The position numbers were made by a program, and so were the translations under genes. The notes under the pieces are model-generated. The model worked only from the letters and a program-made list of their open reading frames with translations. It was not told the origin of the DNA and did not search any database. Source: a virus. From it: a DNA stretch of 64,000 nt. This document shows, piece after piece, positions 56,606 to 64,000 of this stretch (its first letter is position 1; the number at the start of each line of letters is the position of its first letter). Location of the stretch: the IMG/VR virus record IMGVR_UViG_3300018080_000015, positions 24,187-88,186 of that record. The stretch is one strand, 5' to 3'.

Positions 56606-56927
56606 TTGACAACAACGCACCCTCCGCGCCCCTTACTGACGCGGTGACCGCTAGATGAAACCGAGAAGCATCATCCAACTGGGCACTCCATGCTCACACA
56701 CGCCGTCTGGTTCTACCCAACACCCGCAAGAAGTGTAGCAACCCGACTCCCTTGCCCACGCTTCGAGCTGTTCGATGTCCGGCTTCGGCTCGACGATATC
56801 GACCCGACGCTGTTTCCCGCCCATTCGAAGAATGATGAAATCGGCGTGACTGGCGTCCTCTGCGAAAGTACTCATGCTGTTCCTCCGTCCTGTTGATTAA
56901 GGGGTCCGGAGGATGCGCTGTTGTCAA
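56606..56927. repeat. Gene-flanking inverted repeat K (56606-56635 / 56898-56927)
   Basis: ttgacaacaacgcaccctccgcgcccctta versus ttgacaacagcgcatcctccggacccctta, 26/30. Confidence 0.93.
56651..56875 (-). CDS. Small Cys-rich phage protein (C..VEPDG.C.HG.PSW)
   Basis: Motif recurrent in small phage proteins; SD GGAGG. Confidence 0.7.
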   Translation of the reverse strand: MSTFAEDASHADFIILRMGGKQRRVDIVEPKPDIEQLEAWARESGCYTSCGCWVEPDGVCEHGVPSWMMLLGFI

Positions 56928-57524
56928 AGACACGTCACAAGGCGCGAGGCTAGGATTATAGTGAAATAACCGAGCCCGACCTGGGCTCGGTCGGGACTAG
57001 CGCTTCAAGCTCCGCGGGGATTCGAATCTGACTCAACACTTCCCATCGAAGCGCGGTAGGCATCGCCGCCCAAAGCTCACTGCGGTAGTGATGCTCGGAA
57101 TCCATCGGAGCGCAATCACTGATGTAGAAATCCACGTAGTGATAGACGGCGAGCCACATCTGCTTTCTGCGTAGAAACGTGGCTCGAGAGCGACTCACCT
57201 CCTGGTTCTTTTCGCTCTCGAGTGTCCACACTCCACACGGTCCGACTGAGTAATACGGCTCGTCTTCCGTCGTTTCAAGCTGCTCTTCAAGCAACCCATC
57301 CACCGCGGCCCCCTTGACGAGATCCTGGATGCTTTCCACCATCCATTGGTGTTCCTCGTCTGTGAGCTTGAACGCCCGGTCGCGCACGTTCCTGATCTTG
57401 TATCGGACATGCGCGATGTAGACGCCATCGCCCTGGAATTCCGTGGTGTCGGGAAATTCTCGTTTCAATGTTGGTCTGGTCATAGTGCCTCCACAAAACT
57501 CGCGCCTTGTGAGCTGCCTTTGAC
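56923..57524. repeat. Gene-flanking inverted repeat L (56923-56948 / 57499-57524)
   Basis: gtcaaagacacgtcacaaggcgcgag versus gtcaaaggcagctcacaaggcgcgag, 23/26. Confidence 0.92.
56956..57483 (-). CDS. Hypothetical early protein
   Basis: SD GGAGG. Confidence 0.65.
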   Translation of the reverse strand: MTRPTLKREFPDTTEFQGDGVYIAHVRYKIRNVRDRAFKLTDEEHQWMVESIQDLVKGAAVDGLLEEQLETTEDEPYYSVGPCGVWTLESEKNQEVSRSRATFLRRKQMWLAVYHYVDFYISDCAPMDSEHHYRSELWAAMPTALRWEVLSQIRIPAELEALVPTEPRSGSVISL

Positions 57525-57527
57525 CTC

Positions 57528-57867
57528 TGGTTGGCTCCTTTGCTCGCGCCACAAGTCGAGCTTGTGACGGAGGTTAACGAAAGTCTTTCGGACTGGGACC
57601 GAATCCTCCGATCCTACCGGGACAATTCGGCGCGTAGGATCGTGAGATGGTACGGCCCGCTTTGATAGAATCAAAGCGGGCTGCGCCGTCTCCGTACACC
57701 CGACACGATTCCTCAACCCCAGCCCATACACACGCGTTGACAATAGCACCCGATACTTCGGGCACTATCCAACGCGCTTCGCGCGCCTTCGCGCGCCTTC
57801 GACGCTTGCGCTTGCGTTTCGCCATGCTTTCTCCTTGGTTTGTGGAGCGAGCGAAGCAAGCCAACCA
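57528..57867. repeat. Gene-flanking inverted repeat M (57528-57554 / 57839-57867)
   Basis: tggttggctcctttgctcgcgccacaa versus tggttggcttgcttcgctcgctccacaa with internal loop. Confidence 0.85.
57574..57825 (-). CDS. Arg-rich hypothetical early protein
   Basis: SD AAGGAG; first gene of the array. Confidence 0.55.
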   Translation of the reverse strand: MAKRKRKRRRRAKAREARWIVPEVSGAIVNACVWAGVEESCRVYGDGAARFDSIKAGRTISRSYAPNCPGRIGGFGPSPKDFR

Positions 57868-58401
57868 TATCTCGTATACACTCCGATCCTACTACCCACC
57901 AAAGGGGAGGATACTCGGAGCTACGTTTGTCAAATATGCGGTCAAACGGTGCACAACGTGAGGGAAGCACTAGGGGAGCGCTAGCGGCTTTCGAGAGGCG
58001 CCCCTCAAGCATCCCATTGCGACCACCATACGGGGAGGGAGACTTAAAGCCTTACCAACCTTGCGCGCCCGAAGCACGCCGCTCAACTTCCATGTCGCGG
58101 CTCGCGCGAAGCCTTGTCTCTCCACGCCACCTTGATATTGGTTAGCTCTACTAATCGCTAGATGTACCCTAAGATGTCAACGTTGTGCGGCTCTAACCGT
58201 GTGCTCGCACGGTCGCCCCCCTCCGAGGGGAACACGAGCCCCGTCGCGGGTAGTATCCCGCTCCCAAGCGGTTACTTGGGACCCGATCGTTGATCCACGA
58301 TCCGTGCCGATTACACACATTCGGTGCATGAAAAGCACCAAGTCAAGCAATGGTGCGGGTTTGCGCGTACCTCGCGAGGCTTTTCACGCATCGAATGTAT
58401 G

Positions 58402-58523
58402 ACAAGGTGTCACGGTTTTTCGACCCCACTTGTAAACGCGCGTTCACACGCCGATTTCAAGGCCCCACAAGGCCCACAAGGCGCTTGACACGAATGCGGA
58501 GGATGACAAGGGACAAGGCCTTG
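58402..58523. repeat. Cluster of short ACAAGG direct repeats in non-coding gap
   Basis: ACAAGG at 58402, 58467, 58476, 58506 and 58513, plus TCAAGG at 58457. Confidence 0.55.
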
Positions 58524-58605
58524 CTCGCGGTCTCGGAGCGTGCGAGAGACCTTGCCGGCCATGCCCACCCGCACCCGCGCACCCACGCACCCGCGAGGCG
58601 CTGAG

Positions 58606-59559
58606 CTACCGACGGCGAGCGAGCCAGCTCGAGAACACGCTCCCGCTCTCGCGCGGGGCACTGGAGAGGAGCTCGTCGTAGGTGTACTCAGTCGCACGCT
58701 CGACCCTCCGGCGTAGGTCAGGCACGGAGTCGGGGTCTTCGTCCCCAGTGAAGTGCACGATGCGTACCCGCTTGCCGACCTCCAGGAGCGCGAGCGCGAG
58801 CTTGCGGGCCTCCTGGGTAGCATCACCGTCGTAGGCGACATACAGGAGCTCCTGTGGCGCTCCTACGAGGCGCTCGAGCTGGGGCTCGGAGAAGCTCTTG
58901 CCGAACGTGGCGACAGCCTGGGGACCGAGCGCACACGCGGCGGGGATTCCCTCAGCGATGAAGATGTAATCGTTGGCCGGAGAGAGCGCCTTGTCAGCGT
59001 TGAAGAGGAGGCTCTTGCGGCGGGTGCCGGGAGCAGACATCCAGCGCTTGGACTTCTCCGTGGCGTCCATGTAGCGGGCCTGATAGCCCTTGTAGCCACC
59101 GTCGTATAGCGGGAAGATGGCTGAACGACGGAGACGCACGTACTTCTTTGTAGTGCCTACGTCCCGCCCGGTGCCGTCCACCACAGTGAGGAAGACGGAG
59201 CCTTCGTAGTTCGAGCCGCAGACGCCGAACTCTCGGATTTGCTCTGCAGTGAACCCGCGTCGGACGAGGTATCTGAATGGGGCGCTGTTGGGCCTCAATG
59301 GGGAAGCCTCAATCTGCTCGAGCGTGGGCGGGAGCCACGAGAGCTCTTGCTTAGGCCCGACGCTCGGGATGTAGCCGATTTGCGCGAGGCGGAACACTGA
59401 GCCCTTGTACTGGCACCTCATGCAGTAGAAAGCACCAGACTGCGCGTTGACGTAGAGCTTCGGAGCCCCACACTCGCCGCAGTGAAAGAGCATCTCGCGC
59501 GGGTCGGTGTTGAGCGCCCGCCCGAAGAGCTCCACTGCGATGTCACGCGCGCGACTCAT
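58606..59559 (-). CDS. DNA primase (Zn ribbon + TOPRIM)
   Basis: CGEC...CMRC; 'YQAR'; TOPRIM 'IAEG', 'VAYDGD', 'DPD'. Confidence 0.88.
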   Translation of the reverse strand: MSRARDIAVELFGRALNTDPREMLFHCGECGAPKLYVNAQSGAFYCMRCQYKGSVFRLAQIGYIPSVGPKQELSWLPPTLEQIEASPLRPNSAPFRYLVRRGFTAEQIREFGVCGSNYEGSVFLTVVDGTGRDVGTTKKYVRLRRSAIFPLYDGGYKGYQARYMDATEKSKRWMSAPGTRRKSLLFNADKALSPANDYIFIAEGIPAACALGPQAVATFGKSFSEPQLERLVGAPQELLYVAYDGDATQEARKLALALLEVGKRVRIVHFTGDEDPDSVPDLRRRVERATEYTYDELLSSAPRESGSVFSSWLARRR

Positions 59560-59770
59560 GCTCTCCCGGTCTCGCACACACTGGACAATAGCAGCCTGGT
59601 CCCATCAGTATCGCGAAGAGCCCAATGATGTACCCCCAACCGTGATCTGCGTGGGCTTTCTCGCACGCACGCAACTCCGGCGCAGCTCCACGACCGACGT
59701 GAAGCTCAAGAGTACAACCACAGCTGTCGCACTCCAACGTGGCATGCTGCTTCTTCATCGTAACCGGCAT
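59543..59770 (-). CDS. Small Zn-ribbon protein
   Basis: CDSC...CPVC; SD. Confidence 0.5.
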   Translation of the reverse strand: MPVTMKKQHATLECDSCGCTLELHVGRGAAPELRACEKAHADHGWGYIIGLFAILMGPGCYCPVCARPGEHESRA

Positions 59771-59793
59771 ATTCCTTCTCCTGTTTTCGGGGA

Positions 59794-60003
59794 TGCGACC
59801 GGAACTTACTCAGCTTTGCGAGCCATGCACGATCGTATTTTGGCTTTTGCGAAGCAGGGAGCAACCGAAGCTTGCGACCCTTTTTCGCCCAGCGAAAAAT
59901 AACAAAGATAGGATCGTGCAACTCCCAGGACGTTGGGTGTGTCCTGGAAGGGACGAGCAATTCACACGCACGGCGTATCGCCGCACCTAAGCTACCGGTC
60001 GCA
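59794..60003 (-). ncRNA. Candidate structured RNA immediately 3' of the tRNA-like element
   Basis: Closing stem 59794-59808 / 59988-60003 enclosing several internal stems. Confidence 0.45.
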
Positions 60004-60004
60004 A

Positions 60005-60077
60005 AGCGAGGGATGGGAATCGAACCCACAAACCGCCAGGGAGGTTGATTGAGACGGCGCACCTTTGCTTCCCTCGC
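60005..60077 (-). tRNA. tRNA-like element with non-canonical D arm and anticodon loop
   Basis: GCGAGGG/CCCTCGC acceptor stem, canonical GTGGG-TTCGATT-CCCAT T arm, 3-bp D stem, 5-bp anticodon stem with 15-nt loop. Confidence 0.65.
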
Positions 60078-60246
60078 AAGCTGGGTGGTTCCAATCGGAG
60101 TGAGGCCCACCCAATACATCCGACTCGAGCGGGAGCCGGATTGGCTCATACTACATCGTCCTGCCCTCCATCGTTTGAGCATTTTTCGTCCTAAAAACTG
60201 TCCCGGACCACCTCGGCGTGGTCTCTTCTCTCTTCTACGGGAACGC

Positions 60247-60612
60247 CTACTCTGCGGAAACCGTTTCGCGCCACTCGATCCCAAGCTCGAGCAGCGTTAC
60301 TCCGAGCATAGCCTCGATTCTACCCAGCCGCTCCTCGACGCGATCCCAGGCATCCGCCTCGTGCTCGAAGCACAATGCAGTCGCCACGGACCATCCGTCT
60401 TCGTGCATCTCCGGATCACGCTCCCGTATCAAGGAAAGGCGCTTGCGGCACGCCTCTCCACTGACAGCAATATCGCGCGAGGCCATCCACCCGGCCACCG
60501 CGCTCCACCAGTCCGCCTTCTTGCCGAAGGTCTCACGCAGATCCACGAGGCACTCCACGGCCTCCAACAGAACCTGCTCGTCCTCATCCGTCCACGAGTG
60601 TCTCGTCGCCAC
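60247..60612 (-). CDS. Myb/SANT-like (RsfA-type) DNA-binding protein
   Basis: 'SWTDEDEQVLLEAV...WSAVA....SGEACRKR'. Confidence 0.6.
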   Translation of the reverse strand: MATRHSWTDEDEQVLLEAVECLVDLRETFGKKADWWSAVAGWMASRDIAVSGEACRKRLSLIRERDPEMHEDGWSVATALCFEHEADAWDRVEERLGRIEAMLGVTLLELGIEWRETVSAE

Positions 60613-60771
60613 TGTCTACCTCCTTTCGTCGCAGCCTCGACGCGCACAGACGAAATGCCTGCGCAAGCGCCACCCATTGTCGTCTGTCCCAATACTCCAC
60701 GAGAGAGCCGCCCCTATCAGCCTCGACAGCCCACTCGTCGAACTCCCGAGCAATGACCTCCAACTGCTTTA

Positions 60772-60972
60772 TCACCTCAGCCCCTTCGCCTTCGCGATCC
60801 ACTCAGTCACCTCAAGTGTACCGACGTCGTTCTTGTGCTCGATGTCTGTCTCCCCATACACGATTTGTGAGCGAGGAAACCAGACCTCTTCTCCGTCGGG
60901 CATCTCGACCAGAAGCGCACGCTCTGTAGATGCGACGACCATGCAATCGTAGAACGTCACTGTGTCACTCAT
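60772..60972 (-). CDS. Small phage protein
   Basis: 'STERALLV...EEVWFPRSQI...VTEWIAKAKGL' motif recurrent in small phage proteins. Confidence 0.65.
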   Translation of the reverse strand: MSDTVTFYDCMVVASTERALLVEMPDGEEVWFPRSQIVYGETDIEHKNDVGTLEVTEWIAKAKGLR

Positions 60973-62281
60973 CGTCTTCGTCCTCCAGATCGAAATCGAG
61001 AGAGAATCCGTCTCCCTCCCAGGGGGAGACGATCATGTTGGTACACCCCATGTCCACGCCGAACATGAGCAGTCTGCGGGGTGGTCCCCACCGATTCTTC
61101 ATCCCGAAGATTCCAAACTGGCCCTCGGTCTCGAGCTTGTTCTTCTCGAGATGAATCGACCAGAAGCCGTCCAGGGCGTTCGACTTGCCTCCGGAGCCCT
61201 CGACCTGACCGAACTGCTCGATACCCTCCCATTGGCCCTTACCGGGCTGCGTGGCACCCCAACCGACGCATCCCATCTCTTCGATGATGCCGTGGAACTG
61301 AGCGTAGAGCCGAGCTTGGTCGACCCAGTAGTTGCCAGAGCCGGAGATGTCCGTGATGTTGAGCAGCTCGAAGTAGTCGAGGAACACGACGTCAGGCTTC
61401 GGGTCCAGCGAGCGGAGATAGGCGCCGACCTGGGTGATATCCATCGAGTAGGGGTAGAACTTCACGCAGAAGAGGTTGCCGCCCGCGCGCTCGATAGCCT
61501 TTCGAGCTCGCGCCAGTGATCTCTTGCCTTTGTCGGTCTTGAGCTCCCAGAGCGGGAGCCCGGTCGTGATCATGTCCGTCCTGGCGAAGATGGAGGCCTT
61601 CTTCATCTCGTAGCTGAGATAGACCACGTAGGCGCCTTGCTTCATCGCGTTCACTGCGAGGTTGTTCATCATGCGGGTCTTGCCAGCACCCTGCCCACCG
61701 ACAATCACCTCGAGCTCGCCGACAGCTGGGCCTCCGTCCGTCAACGCGTCCCAATCGTCGTAGCCTGTTAGCCAGCGGCGCCCGCGACCCATCGGGTCGT
61801 CCTTGTAGCGCTCGTCTGCATCCTCATCGAGCCATGTACCGTCGTCGACCGCAGACGAGGTTGTCTGCGCCCGAGAGACCGCCTTCATCGCCGCACCGCG
61901 GTCTCCTGCGTTCACAAGGTCCATCGCCTCGGCGATACACTTCTGAGCGTGCGCGAGCTCGATGAGATCCTTCAGTTCGTCCCCGTAGATCTTCTGCACT
62001 TCGTCTGTCGGGAGCTTGAAGGCGCGCTTGGCGAACTTCACACAGCGCTTTGCGTTGGCCTTGTGTTCGCTCCCGAGCTCTGTGACGAACGTGCGCTTGG
62101 ACGGTACGCGCCCCAGTTTGTCGAAGAGTCGGAGGAGGGTTCGCGTGCACCGCACAGCCGTCGGTGCCGCGAAGATATCCTCCGACACCATGGACCTGTG
62201 TTTCGAGAGAACGTCTGAGATAAGTAAGGCTGCGAAGAGCCGAAGTTGAAGGTGTAGCTCAACCTGAGCATCATCACTCAT
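60965..62281 (-). CDS. Replicative DNA helicase (DnaB/gp41-like)
   Basis: Walker A GGQGAGKT, 'YLSYEM', 'FLDY', 'ATQ', 'KNRWG'. Confidence 0.9.
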   Translation of the reverse strand: MSDDAQVELHLQLRLFAALLISDVLSKHRSMVSEDIFAAPTAVRCTRTLLRLFDKLGRVPSKRTFVTELGSEHKANAKRCVKFAKRAFKLPTDEVQKIYGDELKDLIELAHAQKCIAEAMDLVNAGDRGAAMKAVSRAQTTSSAVDDGTWLDEDADERYKDDPMGRGRRWLTGYDDWDALTDGGPAVGELEVIVGGQGAGKTRMMNNLAVNAMKQGAYVVYLSYEMKKASIFARTDMITTGLPLWELKTDKGKRSLARARKAIERAGGNLFCVKFYPYSMDITQVGAYLRSLDPKPDVVFLDYFELLNITDISGSGNYWVDQARLYAQFHGIIEEMGCVGWGATQPGKGQWEGIEQFGQVEGSGGKSNALDGFWSIHLEKNKLETEGQFGIFGMKNRWGPPRRLLMFGVDMGCTNMIVSPWEGDGFSLDFDLEDEDDE

Positions 62282-62463
62282 CGCCCTCCTCCTCCTCTCG
62301 CTCGTCCCTGAGCTCATCGAGGATTTGGTTGTTCAGTTCTTCTACGAGCGCCTCATAGATGCCAGATATTGACATCAACTCCCCGGGCGACATGCGCTCG
62401 AGTAGCTCCATCAGTTTCGCGTCGAACATTTCGTTTGTGACCCATGAATAGTCCTGACTCACC
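62274..62463 (-). CDS. Small hypothetical protein
   Basis: Coupled ORF between the two helicases. Confidence 0.5.
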
Positions 62464-62466
62464 TTT

Positions 62467-63993
62467 CTACCTCCCCTTGGTTCGGATAGTCTGCATCGGA
62501 GCGCCCCACTTGAGGTGTTCCTCGTCAAGTAACGTGAGAAGCCCAGAAAGCGATGTGGTCGTGTAGGTTGTGATGGCCTTGTCAGACTTCCAAATCACGA
62601 GCCGCCTGTTCGCCTGGCCCGTGCCGAAGCGAACCATGTCCGCGAAGTCAACCAGCACGAGGTGACGCCGGGACGACTTGCCGAATCGCATCCCCCGGCC
62701 GAGAATCTGCGGGCTTCGTACGTGGGTAGTTTGTTTTCCTATCGGACCTGCGATGATGATGGCCGAGATGGCGTCCTCAGACACACCAACCTCGAAGACG
62801 TTCGACCCGACGAGAAACTCGATCCGCCGCTGAGCAAAGAGACGCATCACTTGCTTGCGCTCTTTCGGCTGCTGCGGGCCGTAGTAGAGCATCGCCGTGC
62901 CATACTTCTTCAGCATCCGCACAAGAGTCTTCGCGTGCGGGTTCACGCTCCCAGTCGAGATCACTACTCGATGTCCGTACGCCCGCGAGAGCTGCACGGC
63001 GACTCTGACCACTTCTTCGTTGCGCTCCTTCGAGGCGACAATGTGGTCGTGAAACTGCCTGTAGCTCTTCGGATCAAACTTCCGATATTGTCGTCTGTAC
63101 ATGAAGACGTGCGGCTCGGCCGAGTAACCGTGTTTCACCAGATATGAGTTGGTGACTCGGTAGATCACAGGCCCGAAGCACCCTACTGTCACAGCATCGT
63201 AGCCCGAATCCTTCCGGAAAGGCTCGCCAGACATCCCGAGGCGCGCCCACGCCCACATGTTGTCGTAGAGACGCTGCTCCGCGGGCGTGTGCTCGTGACA
63301 CTCGTCCTTGATCAGTACACCGAACGTGTTGAGCCAATTGAGAGTTTGTCTGCGGTTTTGTCGAAGCCGGGCGAGAAGCGTGGACACGGCAGCCCACACG
63401 ATCCGCTCGCCGGAAAGCTCGGAGCCCTTCACCAGCCCCACATCCCGCAGCCGCATGTCGTACCGCATCGCATCATAGCCCTGAACCGCAAGGAAGCTCC
63501 GCTTGTAGGGCACTGTGATGAGTATTCGTTCGTTTGGGAAGCGCTCACAAAGCATCCCAGCCATGTAGGTCTTGCCCGCGTTCACGGCGCACCGCCAGAT
63601 TCCACGCGGGATCTTCTCAAACACATCGACCCCCTTCACCTGGTGGGGGCGATAGTCAATGTCGAGCGACCTATCGGCCGAGCGAGACAGCCCACACATC
63701 CGTCGGAGAAGCCGATTGATCGTCGGATTCACTTCTGCCTCGGTGACTATCTCGGCCACGAGCTTCAAGACCGGAACCGTGGAGCCGTGCTTCTTCTCGA
63801 TGTACACGCACACAGGAAGGCGGTTGTGCTTGAACCACCACTTGAGCACTGCCCACACAAGCCCCGTCCGGAACGTACCGTCTTTGTGAATCAGCTTGAT
63901 CTTGCCGCCACTCACCATTCGGTGGAGTCTACGGTCGTAGTACTTCGTCGGCCTCTCGAACTCAGCGATGAGAGAGCGCACTTGCCCTTCCAC
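62467..63993 (-). CDS. Superfamily 2 DNA helicase (UvsW-like), probably 5'-truncated by the window edge
   Basis: 'VNAGKT', 'DECH', 'GMSG', 'QILGRGMR'. Confidence 0.88.
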   Translation of the reverse strand: MEGQVRSLIAEFERPTKYYDRRLHRMVSGGKIKLIHKDGTFRTGLVWAVLKWWFKHNRLPVCVYIEKKHGSTVPVLKLVAEIVTEAEVNPTINRLLRRMCGLSRSADRSLDIDYRPHQVKGVDVFEKIPRGIWRCAVNAGKTYMAGMLCERFPNERILITVPYKRSFLAVQGYDAMRYDMRLRDVGLVKGSELSGERIVWAAVSTLLARLRQNRRQTLNWLNTFGVLIKDECHEHTPAEQRLYDNMWAWARLGMSGEPFRKDSGYDAVTVGCFGPVIYRVTNSYLVKHGYSAEPHVFMYRRQYRKFDPKSYRQFHDHIVASKERNEEVVRVAVQLSRAYGHRVVISTGSVNPHAKTLVRMLKKYGTAMLYYGPQQPKERKQVMRLFAQRRIEFLVGSNVFEVGVSEDAISAIIIAGPIGKQTTHVRSPQILGRGMRFGKSSRRHLVLVDFADMVRFGTGQANRRLVIWKSDKAITTYTTTSLSGLLTLLDEEHLKWGAPMQTIRTKGR

Positions 63994-64000
63994 CGACGAA

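Noticed and set aside
50440-57867. Early-array repeats as a CRISPR array, integron attC sites, or IS/MITE terminal repeats
   Set aside because: Arms are inverted and unique to each pair, with no shared repeat consensus, no GTTRRRY cores and no evident target-site duplications. No cas, integrase or transposase gene was recognised in the window.
57908-57933. TTGACA...TATCCT sigma70 promoter
   Set aside because: The spacer is only 14 nt, so it is not called as a feature
59941-59960. GTCCT-GGAA-GGGAC-GAGCAA resembling SRP RNA helix 8 on the plus strand
   Set aside because: Lacks the conserved internal loop context and lies opposite to the operon direction
60005-60077. Standard tRNA-Leu(CAA), a TCA suppressor tRNA, or tmRNA
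   Set aside because: A 7-nt anticodon loop cannot be formed with a good stem, and there is no alanine acceptor identity or tag reading frame
1-64000. Host assignment from GC content and frequent CTCGAG/GAGCTC words
   Set aside because: Explained by Leu-Glu and Glu-Leu codon usage in a GC-rich genome; not sufficient to name a host

Overview
A 64-kb segment of a GC-rich tailed phage with a contractile tail (myovirus). Essentially all credible genes are on the minus strand. In transcription order (right to left) it carries: (1) a replication module (SF2 helicase, DnaB-like helicase, Myb/SANT-like regulator, tRNA-like element with an adjacent structured RNA, primase); (2) a ~740-bp non-coding gap; (3) an early-gene-like array of small ORFs (49.7-57.9 kb) closed by an intrinsic terminator; (4) a sigma-like factor and a ParB / PAPS-reductase (IbrA-like) / IbrB-like cluster; (5) a second structured intergenic RNA; (6) the small terminase, lysis genes, a methyltransferase and the large terminase; (7) a T4-type head module (portal, MuF, zincin cargo protein, protease-scaffold, major capsid), neck genes, a GT4 glycosyltransferase and a repeat-rich fibre-like protein; (8) sheath, tube, a chaperone with a -1 slippery site, tape measure and baseplate. 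The main unexplained feature is in the early array. Thirteen different imperfect inverted-repeat pairs (26-35 bp per arm) each bracket one gene or a small gene group. The upstream arm usually ends just before the Shine-Dalgarno sequence and the downstream arm begins 2-27 nt after the stop codon. The pairs are arranged back-to-back and nested without crossing, so the transcript could fold into a series of gene-containing loops. All protein calls come from motifs recognised by eye, not from database searches.
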